Assembly: GCF_937926365.1 (NCBI RefSeq)
Contig: NZ_CALAOH010000127.1
Location: 4,560 to 68,559, forward strand
Reading direction: 5' to 3'
DNA from: an uncultured Azohydromonas sp.
GTDB lineage: Bacteria > Pseudomonadota > Gammaproteobacteria > Burkholderiales > Burkholderiaceae_C
Length of the DNA: 64,000 bases
A program made the position numbers and the translations under genes. Under the pieces are notes generated by a model, which was not told the origin of the DNA, made no database searches, and saw nothing but the letters and a program-made list of their open reading frames with translations. Positions 45,685-54,760 of the stretch are shown in pieces (position 1 is the first letter of the stretch; each line of letters starts with the position of its first letter).

Positions 45685-46899
45685 TCAAGCCTCGCGCGAC
45701 GCCGCCATCGCCCGCGCGCAGGCCGCGGCGCTGGCCCAGGCCCACTGGAAGTTGTAGCCGCCCAGCCAGCCCGTAACGTCCACCACCTCGCCGATGAAGT
45801 GCAGCCCCGGCTGGCGCTTGCTCTCCATCGACTGCTGGTTGAGTTCGCGCGTATCCACGCCGCCGGCCGTGACCTCCGCCTTGCGGTAGCCCTCGCTGCC
45901 GTCGGGTGTGAGTTCCCAGCGCGACAGCGCTGCGCCCAGCGCCGCCAGCTCCTTGTCGCGCGTCTGCGGCATGGGCGTGGATCCATCGACGCTCGCGCGC
46001 GCGAGCCAAGCATCGGCCAGGCGCTGCGGCAACAGCGCGGCCAGCTCGTTGCCGAGCTGGCGCTTGGACTTGCCCTTGGCCTCGCGCAGCAGCGCGCCCA
46101 GGTCGCGCCCCGGCGCGAGGTCGATGCGCAGCGGCTGACCCGGCTGCCAGAAGCTGCTGATCTGCAGCACCGCCGGGCCGCTGAGGCCGCGGTGCGTGAA
46201 CAGCAGGTCCTCCAGGAAGCGCGTGGCCTTCTTGCCGCTGCCGGTCTCGATGCCCACCTCCAGCGCGATGCCCGACAGCGGCGCGAAGGCCGCCCAGGTC
46301 GGTGCGTCGAAGGTCAGCGGCACCAGGGCCGGGCGCGGCTCCATCAGGCGGTGGCCGAACTGCTTGGCCAGCCGGAAGCCGAAGTCCGTCGCGCCGATCT
46401 TCGGGATCGACAGCCCGCCCGTGGCCACCACCAGCCGCGCGCTGCGTTGCGTGCCGCGGTCGGTGTCGGTTTCGTAGCCCTCGGCCGTGCGCCGCACCTC
46501 CAGCACCTTGCACGGCTGCCAGCGCGTGACGCGCCCGGCCTCGCACTCGGCCAGCAGCATCTCGATCACGTCCTCGGCGGAGCGGTCGCAGAAGAGCTGG
46601 CCCTTGTGCTTCTCGTGAAAGGGAATGCGGTACTTCCTGATCAGCTCGATGAAGTCCGCCGCCGTGTAGCGCGCCAGCGCCGAGCGGCAGAAGTGCGGGT
46701 TCTCGCCCAGGTAGTTGGCGGGGCCGGCCTCGCGGTTGGTGAAGTTGCAGCGTCCGCCGCCGGAGATGCGGATCTTCTCGGCCACCTTCGGCGCGTGGTC
46801 GATGAGCAGCACCTTGAGGCCCAGTTGCCCGGCGATGCCGGCACAAAAAAGGCCGGCCGCGCCGGCGCCGACGATGACGCAATCCCATGTTTCAGACAT
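45685..46899 (-). CDS. HI0933/YhiN-family flavoprotein
   Basis: GAGAAG, KIRISGGGRCNFTN, ATGGLSIP, FTHRGLSGP, VTAGGV, GGYNFQWAW. Confidence 0.92.
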   Translation of the reverse strand: MSETWDCVIVGAGAAGLFCAGIAGQLGLKVLLIDHAPKVAEKIRISGGGRCNFTNREAGPANYLGENPHFCRSALARYTAADFIELIRKYRIPFHEKHKGQLFCDRSAEDVIEMLLAECEAGRVTRWQPCKVLEVRRTAEGYETDTDRGTQRSARLVVATGGLSIPKIGATDFGFRLAKQFGHRLMEPRPALVPLTFDAPTWAAFAPLSGIALEVGIETGSGKKATRFLEDLLFTHRGLSGPAVLQISSFWQPGQPLRIDLAPGRDLGALLREAKGKSKRQLGNELAALLPQRLADAWLARASVDGSTPMPQTRDKELAALGAALSRWELTPDGSEGYRKAEVTAGGVDTRELNQQSMESKRQPGLHFIGEVVDVTGWLGGYNFQWAWASAAACARAMAASREA

Positions 46900-46927
46900 G
46901 GGGCGCCATTGTCCGGGTTTCCCCGAA

Positions 46928-47839
46928 TCAGGCGCTGCGCCGGGTGTTCTCGGCCGCGGCGGGCGTGAGGGCCTGCGCAGCCTGCACCTGGTTCTCGGCC
47001 TGCAGTGCCAGCGTGCGGGCGTGGACCACCTCGCCGATGACCATCACCGCTGGGCTGCCCAGCCCGGACTCGCGCAGCGCCTGCGGCAGCCGCTCCAGCG
47101 TCGTAACCAACTCGCGCTGCTGCGGCAGGCTCGCGTGCTGGATCACCGCCACCGGCGTGTCGCCGGGCAGGCCCTGCACCAGCCCGGCATGGATGCGCTC
47201 GGCTTGCGCCACGCCCATGTAGATCACCAGCGTCAGCCCTTGCGCCGCGGCCATCGCCAGCACCGACCAGTCCGGCGTGCAGCCCCCCGGCTTGGCATGG
47301 CCGGTGACGAAGATGACGCCCTGCGCATGCGCGCGGTGCGTCAGCGGCACGCCGATGCTCGTGGCCGCCGCCAGCCCGGAGGTGATGCCGTTGACCACGC
47401 GCACCGGGATGCCCTGCGCCTGCAGCGTCTGCACCTCCTCGCCGCCGCGGCCGAAGATGAACGGGTCGCCGCCCTTGAGCCTCACCACGCGCTGGCCGGC
47501 CAGCGCCTCGGCCGCCATCAGCCGCTCGATGAAGGCTTGCGGCGTGCTCTCGCAGCCGCCGCGCTTGCCCACCGGCACGATGCGCGGCCGGCGTTTCAGC
47601 CCGCGCAGCGCGAACTCCACCAGCGCCGTCGGCACCAGGTCATCGACCAGCAGCACCGTCGCGCGCCGGATGGCGCGCAGCGCCGCCAGCGTCAGCAACT
47701 GCGGGTCACCCGGACCGGCGCCCACCAGCGTGCAGTCGCCGGGGCCGTGGCGGCTGAAGGAGCGCTGGCCGGACAGGGCCTGCAGGCGGGCGAGGGTGGG
47801 CGTGGCAGAAGGGACGTGGGGCTCTGTCCGGTTTGTCAT
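46928..47839 (-). CDS. cobA: Uroporphyrinogen-III C-methyltransferase (sirohaem supply)
   Basis: VGAGPGDPQLLTL, VRLKGGDPFIFGRGGEE, GVPLTHR, VIYMG. Confidence 0.95.
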   Translation of the reverse strand: MTNRTEPHVPSATPTLARLQALSGQRSFSRHGPGDCTLVGAGPGDPQLLTLAALRAIRRATVLLVDDLVPTALVEFALRGLKRRPRIVPVGKRGGCESTPQAFIERLMAAEALAGQRVVRLKGGDPFIFGRGGEEVQTLQAQGIPVRVVNGITSGLAAATSIGVPLTHRAHAQGVIFVTGHAKPGGCTPDWSVLAMAAAQGLTLVIYMGVAQAERIHAGLVQGLPGDTPVAVIQHASLPQQRELVTTLERLPQALRESGLGSPAVMVIGEVVHARTLALQAENQVQAAQALTPAAAENTRRSA

Positions 47840-47852
47840 GTTTGATACCTCT

Positions 47853-48803
47853 TCAGGCGCTTTGGGCCAGCGCCTCGTCCTGCATCGCGGCCAGCGCGCC
47901 CATCAGCAGCTGCACCTGGCGCTCCAGCGGCGCCGGTACCGGCTTCTCGCCGCTGAGCACGGCCTGGATGTAGAGGGCGGTGGTGGCGGCGTCGTTCTCC
48001 CGCGGCAGCACCGGCAGCTGCGCCAATGCACCTTCCTGGGGCGCGCAGGACAGGTCGGCGTGCAGCGTGCCCTGCAGTGTCAGATCCATGCGCGGCAGCC
48101 GACGCGGGTCGGCCACGGGCTCGCCCTCGGTGCCGCGCAGCAGCAGCATGTCGGCGCCCGTGTTCTGCGCGTACTGCGCCAGGAGCTGGCCGAACTCGGG
48201 ATGGGTGTAGTTCGTGACGCGCAGCCCGCGCGCGCCGCGCACGGGGTTGAGCATCTTGGCGATGGTGTGCCCGGAGTTGCGCAGGCCGAGCACCCAGCGC
48301 ACGTCCAGCAGCCGCGCCAGCGGCGGGCACAGCGCGTCGATGCGCATGTAGGCGGGCTCATGCCGCGCCCAGGCCCGCTCCACCTCCTGCACGCTGCCCA
48401 CCGCGGGCAGGCCCAGGTCGCGCAGCACCTCGGCGCTGGTCACGCGCGAGGGGTCCTGCAGCGGGCCGTGCACCAGCACGCGCGCGCCTTCCTGCGCCAG
48501 GCGCAGCGCCAGCAGCGGCGTGAGGTTGGGCAGCCGGCGCGAGCCGTTGTAGCTGGGCAGCATGACCACCGGCCGGTCGGAGGGGATGGCCAGGCAGCGC
48601 TCGTGCGCCGCGGCCAGGAAGCCCGCGAGCTCGTCGGCCGTTTCTCCCTTCATGCGCATCGCGATGGCGAAGGCGCCGATTTCCAGGTCGCTGGCGGCCC
48701 CGTCGAGCACCTGGCCCATGAGGTCGTGCGCCTGCTCCACCGTGAGCGAACGCGCGCCGTTGGCGCCGCGGCCGATTTCCTTGATGTAGGTCGAAATGCT
48801 CAT
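47853..48803 (-). CDS. ybiB: YbiB (TrpD-fold) protein
   Basis: YIKEIGRG, MRMKGET, PSYNGSRRLPNLTPL, GLRNSGHT, LRGTEGE. Confidence 0.9.
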   Translation of the reverse strand: MSISTYIKEIGRGANGARSLTVEQAHDLMGQVLDGAASDLEIGAFAIAMRMKGETADELAGFLAAAHERCLAIPSDRPVVMLPSYNGSRRLPNLTPLLALRLAQEGARVLVHGPLQDPSRVTSAEVLRDLGLPAVGSVQEVERAWARHEPAYMRIDALCPPLARLLDVRWVLGLRNSGHTIAKMLNPVRGARGLRVTNYTHPEFGQLLAQYAQNTGADMLLLRGTEGEPVADPRRLPRMDLTLQGTLHADLSCAPQEGALAQLPVLPRENDAATTALYIQAVLSGEKPVPAPLERQVQLLMGALAAMQDEALAQSA

Positions 48804-48828
48804 GTCGAATTGTCTCCCGGCCCCGTTT

Positions 48829-48845
48829 CGCAAGAAGCGGGCCGG
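48829..48845 (-). promoter_or_regulatory. Possible sigma54 -24/-12 promoter for ybiB-cobA
   Basis: CCGGCCCGCTTCTTGCG (GG-N10-GC with TTGC) about 25 nt before the ybiB ATG. Confidence 0.4.
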
Positions 48846-48935
48846 CATGAGGGCGCCGGGGCGATGCGGGCGTAGCGCATGTTCCAAACCTCCTCCTTGC
48901 TCGTGAAAGGACCGGTTCGCCGATGCGAACGGCCG

Positions 48936-51755
48936 TCAGGCCGCCACCGCCGAGGCCGCACTGGCCGGCGTGGCTTGCACCAGCGTCTTGAGCGCGGGCA
49001 CGCAGGAGCCGCAGTTGGTGCCGCAGCGCAGCCGGCCCTGCAGTTGCGCCAGGCGGTCCGCGGGGTTGCCCTGGCAACTGACCAGCGCCTGGCGGATCTG
49101 CGGCTCGCTGACGTTGAAGCAGGCGCATACCTGCTTGCCGCGCGGCGCCAGCGCCACGGGCGCCTTGGCGCCGGGGGCCAGCAGCATGCGGCCGTAGGCC
49201 TGCGCCGGCAGCTCCTCCTGCAGCAGCGCCTTGATCCAGCTTTCGGCGCTGACGTCGCCGGCCAGCAGCACCGCCTCCAGCCGGCTGTCGCCGCCGGCGC
49301 TGCTCAGCCGCACGGTGCGGCGCTGGCCGCGCTTGCGGTCCTCGTAGCGCAGCGCGCGCGCGCCGTCGGCATCCAGCCCCAGCAGCCGCTCGACTTCGTC
49401 GACCAGTTCCAGCGGCGGCGGCGCGTCGGCCGCGGCGCGGAACAGCACGCCACTGCGCTCGTGGCCGAAGGGCACGCAGCTGGCGTAGTCGAAGCGCTCC
49501 ATCAGCGCGCGCAGCTGCGCGCGCGCCGCGTGCGCCCGTTCCTGCGGCAGCCAAGCCAGCGCCAGCAGCTTCCACGGCAGCTCGGCCTTGAGCAGCTTCA
49601 CCGCCGCGTGCTTGAGCTCGGGCTGCTTGGAGATGGGGCAGAACGCCGGCGAGGTGAGGGCGTTCACGCCCGCCAGCGGCTCGCCGCGGCTGCTGCGGCC
49701 GGAAAGGAACTCCGAGCCCCAGTGCATCGGGATGTAGGCCTGCGTGAGCGGGATGGCCTCGCTGGACACGGCCGGCAGCACGATGGCGCCGCGGCGCGAG
49801 GTCACGTAGACCAGCTCGCCCTCGGCCAGCTTCAGCCGCGCCATCTCCTGCGGGTTCAGCTCCACCGCCGGCTCGGGCACGTGGCCGAAGAGCCGGCCCA
49901 GCACGCCGGTGCGGCTCATGCCATGCCACTGGTCGCGCAGCCGCCCGGTGTTGAGGCTGAAGGGGAAGCGCCCATCGCGCGGCTCGGCCACGGGTTCAAA
50001 GGGCAGATCGGCGAACTTCGCCTTGCCATCGGCGGTGGGAAACACGCCGTCCTCGTACAGCCGCGCGCGGCCCTGCGATGCGCCCTCGGGCAGCGGCCAC
50101 TGCTGCGGGCCCTGCGCCTCCAGCATCGCCCAGCTCAGGCCGGTGATGTCCAGGTCGCGCCCGCGCGTGCTCTCGCGGTGCTCGTTCCACGCCGCCTCGG
50201 GGCCGGCGTAGGCGAAGAGCGACGGTTTCCCCGCGCACAGCCGGCCTTCCAGCCGCTGCGCGAACTCGGTGGCGATGGCGAAGTCGGTGCGGGCCTCGCC
50301 CGGCGCCGCCACCGCCGGGCGCACGCGGCTGATGCGGCGCTCGCTGTTGGTGACGGTGCCTTCCTTCTCGCCCCAGGTGGCCGCGGGCAGCAGCAGGTCG
50401 GCGAAGGCCGCGGTGGCGGTGTCCTTGAAAGCCTCCTGCACCACCACGAACTCCGCCCGCTGCAGCGCGCGGCGCACGGTGGCCTGGTCGGGCAGCGACT
50501 GCGCCGGATTGGTGCATGCGATCCACAGCGCCTTGATCTCGCCGTCGGCCGCCGCCTCGAACATCTCGACGGCCGTCTTGCCCGGCCGCGAGGGCACGTC
50601 CTCCACGCCCCACAGCCGTGCCACCTCGGCGCGGTGCTCGGGGTTGGCCAGGTCGCGGTGCGCCGACAGCAGGTTGGACAACCCGCCCACCTCGCGCCCG
50701 CCCATGGCGTTGGGCTGGCCGGTGAGCGAGAAGGGGCCCGCGCCGGGCTTGCCGATCTGGCCGGTGGCCAGGTGCAGGTTGATCAGCGCCGCGTTCTTCG
50801 CGGTGCCGTTGCGGCTCTGGTTCAGGCCTTGGCAGTACAGCGACAGCGTCGGGGCGCGCGGGCCGCCCGGACCTTCCTTGCCGTCCAGCCCGGCGAACCA
50901 CTTCGCGGCCGTGACGATGTCCTGCTCGCGCAGGCCCGTGATGCGCGCCGTCTCGCGCGGCGTGTACTCGCGCACCCGGTGGCGCAGCGCGTCGAAGCCG
51001 CTGGTGTGGGCGTCGATGAAGGCGTTGTCGGTCAGGCCGTCCCACAGCATCAGGTGCAGCAGGCCGTGGAACAGCGCCACGTCGGTGCCGGGCAGCAGCG
51101 GCAGGTGCAGGTCGGCCAGCTGCGCCGTCTCGGTGCGGCGCGGATCGACCACGATCAGCCGCAACGCCGGGTTGGCGCGCTTGGCGTCCTCGATGCGGCG
51201 CATGACGATCGGGTGCGCCCAGGCCGTGTTGGAGCCGGCGATGAAGAGGGTACGCGCCCGCGCCAGGTCCTCGTAGCAGGCCGGGGGCGCATCGGCGCCC
51301 AGCGTCGCCTTGTAGCCGGCCACCGCGGAGCTCATGCACAGCCGCGAGTTGGTATCGACGTTGTTGGTGCCGATCAGCCCCTTGGCCAGCTTGTTGAAGA
51401 CGTAGTAGTCCTCGGTCAGCAGCTGCCCGGAAAGATAGAAGCCCACGGCGTCCGGGCCGTGGCGGCGGATCACGTCCTCGAAGCGGTCCGTGGCCAGCGA
51501 CAGGGCCTCGTTCCAGCCCACGCGCCGCGGCGCCTCGCCGCGCCGGTCGCGGCGCATCGGCGCCAGGAGCCGCTGCTGCAGCGTCACGGGCGCGGCGGCG
51601 GTGAGGTGCAGCGTGCTGCCTTTGCTGCACAGCCGGCCGAGGTTGGCCGGATGCTCGGGGTCGCCGCGCACGCCGGTGATCTGCGCGCCATCGCTCTCGA
51701 TGATCACGCCGCAGCCGACGCCGCAGTAGGGGCAGGTGGAACGGGTTTCAGCCAT
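48936..51755 (-). CDS. nasA: Assimilatory nitrate reductase catalytic subunit (Mo-bisPGD, C-terminal BFD-like 2Fe-2S)
   Basis: TCPYCGVGCG...LCSKG, NSRLCMSSA, TGQPNAMGGRE, TGRLRDQWH, CACF...CGTNCGSC. Confidence 0.95.
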   Translation of the reverse strand: MAETRSTCPYCGVGCGVIIESDGAQITGVRGDPEHPANLGRLCSKGSTLHLTAAAPVTLQQRLLAPMRRDRRGEAPRRVGWNEALSLATDRFEDVIRRHGPDAVGFYLSGQLLTEDYYVFNKLAKGLIGTNNVDTNSRLCMSSAVAGYKATLGADAPPACYEDLARARTLFIAGSNTAWAHPIVMRRIEDAKRANPALRLIVVDPRRTETAQLADLHLPLLPGTDVALFHGLLHLMLWDGLTDNAFIDAHTSGFDALRHRVREYTPRETARITGLREQDIVTAAKWFAGLDGKEGPGGPRAPTLSLYCQGLNQSRNGTAKNAALINLHLATGQIGKPGAGPFSLTGQPNAMGGREVGGLSNLLSAHRDLANPEHRAEVARLWGVEDVPSRPGKTAVEMFEAAADGEIKALWIACTNPAQSLPDQATVRRALQRAEFVVVQEAFKDTATAAFADLLLPAATWGEKEGTVTNSERRISRVRPAVAAPGEARTDFAIATEFAQRLEGRLCAGKPSLFAYAGPEAAWNEHRESTRGRDLDITGLSWAMLEAQGPQQWPLPEGASQGRARLYEDGVFPTADGKAKFADLPFEPVAEPRDGRFPFSLNTGRLRDQWHGMSRTGVLGRLFGHVPEPAVELNPQEMARLKLAEGELVYVTSRRGAIVLPAVSSEAIPLTQAYIPMHWGSEFLSGRSSRGEPLAGVNALTSPAFCPISKQPELKHAAVKLLKAELPWKLLALAWLPQERAHAARAQLRALMERFDYASCVPFGHERSGVLFRAAADAPPPLELVDEVERLLGLDADGARALRYEDRKRGQRRTVRLSSAGGDSRLEAVLLAGDVSAESWIKALLQEELPAQAYGRMLLAPGAKAPVALAPRGKQVCACFNVSEPQIRQALVSCQGNPADRLAQLQGRLRCGTNCGSCVPALKTLVQATPASAASAVAA

Positions 51756-51798
51756 GTCGGAACCGTGGTGGGACGTTGGAGGCGGGCGCTCAGCTCCG

Positions 51799-52197
51799 TT
51801 ACAGGGTGGGCTTCTGTTCGGGGCGCGAGCCGCGGCAAGGGCCGGCCTGGGGCAGCGGCAGGTCGATGCCCAGGGTGGCGATCTCATCGCGGTCCAGGTG
51901 CACCACGTTGCCTTCCACCTTGACGGCGAAGGCCGGGGTGCAGCCCTCGTCGGGCGCGGCCACCTGGCCGCTGTCCAGGCCGACGCTCCAGTTGTGCAGC
52001 GGGCAGGCGACGCTGCGGCCGCTGACGATGCCCTGCGACAGCGGGCCGCCCTTGTGCGGGCAGCGGTCCAGCAGCGCGAACACCTCGTTGTCGGCGTTGC
52101 GGAACACCGCCACCGGCGCGCCCTTGGGGCGCTCCAGGCGGCGGGCACCCAGCAGGGGCAGGTCGTCGAGGGTGCAGACGGGAATCCAGGCGCTCAT
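51799..52197 (-). CDS. nirD: Nitrite reductase small (Rieske) subunit; alternative start 52224
   Basis: DRCPHKGGPLSQG and ACPLHNW. Confidence 0.93.
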   Translation of the reverse strand: MSAWIPVCTLDDLPLLGARRLERPKGAPVAVFRNADNEVFALLDRCPHKGGPLSQGIVSGRSVACPLHNWSVGLDSGQVAAPDEGCTPAFAVKVEGNVVHLDRDEIATLGIDLPLPQAGPCRGSRPEQKPTL

Positions 52198-52223
52198 GGG
52201 ATCGGTGCTTTCCAAGGGGTTCA

Positions 52224-54704
52224 TCAGGCTTTGATCTCGGCCGTGGCCAGGGCCTCGGCGGACAGGCGCAGCGGCTCGAACTGGCGCGTGTCCATGCCGG
52301 CCTTGACGGCTTCCTGCCAGGGGTCGGGCTGGCCGTCGAGCGCGAACTGCAGCCGCGCCCACAGCGCCTTGCGGTTCTCGGCGTCCTCCAGCACGCGCTT
52401 CTTGACGTGGTCCAGCCCCACGCGCTCCACAAAGTGCACGGTGCGCTCCAGGTACCAGCCCTCCTCGCGGTAGAGCTGCAGGAAGGCGCCGGCGACTTCC
52501 AGTACCTCCTCGGCCGTCTTCACCTTGGTGAGGAACTGCGCCACCTCGGTCTTGATGCCGCCGTTGCCCGCGATGTGGATCTCCCAGCCGGAGTCCACGC
52601 CGATGACGCCCACGTCCTTGGTGCCGGACTCGGCGCAGTTGCGCGGGCAACCGCTGACGGCCATCTTGACCTTGTGCGGCGCGTACATGGCCCACAGCGC
52701 GCGCTCCAGGTCCTTGCCCAGCTGCGTGCTGTCCTGGGTGCCGAAGCGGCACCACTCGGCGCCCACGCAGGTCTTCACCGTGCGCAGCGACTTGGCGTAG
52801 GCCAGGCCGCTGGGCATGCCCAGGTCGCGCCAGACGGACTGCAGGTCCTCCTTCTTCACGCCCAGCAGGTCGATGCGCTGCCCGCCGGTGACCTTGACGG
52901 TGGGAATGGCGTACTTGTCCACCACGTCGGCGATGCGGCGCAGGTCGGCGGCGCTGGTCTCGCCGCCCCACATGCGCGGAATCACGGAGTAGCTGCCGTC
53001 CTTCTGGATGTTGGCGTGGCCACGCTCGTTGATGAAGCGGCTCTGCGGATCGTCCCGCGCTTCCTTGGGCCAGGTGCTGATGAGGTAGTAGTTCACCGCC
53101 GGGCGGCAGCTGGCGCAGCCGTTGGGGTTGCGCCAGCCCAGGGTCTGGTAGACCGCGTCGATGCTCAGCAGCTTGTCCTTGCGGATCGCGTCGCGCACGT
53201 CCTGGTGGCTGAAGTCGGTGCAGCCGCACATCGCCTTCTTCTTGGGCGTGGCCGAGTAGTCGCCGCCGGCGGTGAACATCAGGATCTGCTCCACCAGCCC
53301 GGTGCAGGAGCCGCAGGAGGCGCTGGCCTTGGTGTGCTTGCGCACCTCCTCCAGCGTGAACAGGCCCTTGTCCTTGATGGCCTTGCAGATCGCGCCCTTG
53401 GTCACGCCGTTGCAGCCGCAGACCTCGTCGTCGTCGGCCATGCCCGCGGCCTTGCTGTGGCCCTGGTGGCCGGCGTCGCCCAGGTGGTTCTCGCCGAACA
53501 TCAGCTTGTCGCGCAGGTCGGCCACGCTGCGGCCCTCGCGCAGCAGCTTGAAGTACCAGGCGCCGTCGGCCGTGTCGCCGTAGAGGCAGGCGCCCACGAG
53601 CTTGTCGTCCTTGAGCACCAGCTTCTTGTAGACGCCGCCGAAGGGGTCGCTGAGCACGATCTCCTCGCAGTCCTCGCCGCCGTTGAAGTCGCCCGCGGAA
53701 AAGAGGTCGATGCCCGTGACCTTGAGCTTGGTGCTGGTCTGGCTGCCCTGGTAGCGGCCGATGCCGAACTGCGCCAGGTGCGTCGCGCACACCTTGCCCT
53801 GCTCGAACAGCGGCGCCACCAGCCCGTAGGCGATGCCGCGGTGCGCGGCGCACTCGCCCACGGCGTAGACGCGCGGGTCGGTGACGGTCTGCAGCGTGTC
53901 GGTGACGACGATGCCGCGGTTGCAGTGCAGGCCGATCTTCTCGGCCAGCGCGGTGTTGGGGCGGATGCCCGCGGCCATCACCACCAGGTCGGCCGGGATC
54001 TCGGTGCCGTCCTTGAACTGCACCGCCATGACCCGGCCATCCTGGTCGCCGACGAGCGCCTGCGTCTGCGCGCCCATCGCGAAGCGCAACCCGCGCTCCT
54101 GCAGCGACTGCTGCAGCATCTTGCCGGCCACGTCGTCGAGCTGGCGCTCCATCAGCGTGTTGGCGATGTGCACCACGGTCACCTGCATGCCGCGCAGCAT
54201 CAGCCCGTTGGCCGCTTCCAGGCCCAGCAGGCCGCCGCCGATGACGACGGCGTGCTTGTGGGTCTTGGCCGTCTCGATCATGTACTCGGTGTCGGCAATG
54301 TCGCGGTAGGCGATCACGCCCCGCAGGTCCTTGCCCGGCACCGGCAGGATGAAGGGGTTGGAACCGGTGGCGATCAGCAGCCGGTCGTAGGGCACCTCGA
54401 TGGTGCTGCCGTCCTTGCGGCGGCCATGCACGACGCGCTTGGCCCGGTTGACATCCGTGACCTCGCAGCCCAGATGCAGCGTGATGCCGTTGTCCTCGTA
54501 CCACGTCAGCGGGTTGAGGATGATCTCGTCGATGGTCTGCTCGCCGGCGAGCACGGGCGACAGCAGGATGCGGTTGTAGTTCGGGTGCGGCTCGGCGCCG
54601 AAGACGGTGATGTCGTAGAGGTCCGGGGCGATCTTGAGCAGCTCTTCGAGCGTGCGCACGCCGGCCATGCCGTTGCCGATCAGGACCAGTTTCATCTTCT
54701 TCAT
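52224..54704 (-). CDS. nirB: NAD(P)H nitrite reductase large subunit
   Basis: IGNGMAG, GGGLLGLEAA, CGCNGV, CGSC, KTCVGAEWC, SGCPRNC. Confidence 0.97.
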   Translation of the reverse strand: MKKMKLVLIGNGMAGVRTLEELLKIAPDLYDITVFGAEPHPNYNRILLSPVLAGEQTIDEIILNPLTWYEDNGITLHLGCEVTDVNRAKRVVHGRRKDGSTIEVPYDRLLIATGSNPFILPVPGKDLRGVIAYRDIADTEYMIETAKTHKHAVVIGGGLLGLEAANGLMLRGMQVTVVHIANTLMERQLDDVAGKMLQQSLQERGLRFAMGAQTQALVGDQDGRVMAVQFKDGTEIPADLVVMAAGIRPNTALAEKIGLHCNRGIVVTDTLQTVTDPRVYAVGECAAHRGIAYGLVAPLFEQGKVCATHLAQFGIGRYQGSQTSTKLKVTGIDLFSAGDFNGGEDCEEIVLSDPFGGVYKKLVLKDDKLVGACLYGDTADGAWYFKLLREGRSVADLRDKLMFGENHLGDAGHQGHSKAAGMADDDEVCGCNGVTKGAICKAIKDKGLFTLEEVRKHTKASASCGSCTGLVEQILMFTAGGDYSATPKKKAMCGCTDFSHQDVRDAIRKDKLLSIDAVYQTLGWRNPNGCASCRPAVNYYLISTWPKEARDDPQSRFINERGHANIQKDGSYSVIPRMWGGETSAADLRRIADVVDKYAIPTVKVTGGQRIDLLGVKKEDLQSVWRDLGMPSGLAYAKSLRTVKTCVGAEWCRFGTQDSTQLGKDLERALWAMYAPHKVKMAVSGCPRNCAESGTKDVGVIGVDSGWEIHIAGNGGIKTEVAQFLTKVKTAEEVLEVAGAFLQLYREEGWYLERTVHFVERVGLDHVKKRVLEDAENRKALWARLQFALDGQPDPWQEAVKAGMDTRQFEPLRLSAEALATAEIKA

Positions 54705-54760
54705 GGCTGCGTTCCTCCGGAGAAGCGAGAGATCGAATTCGTTGCGCGGACAATCGCCGC

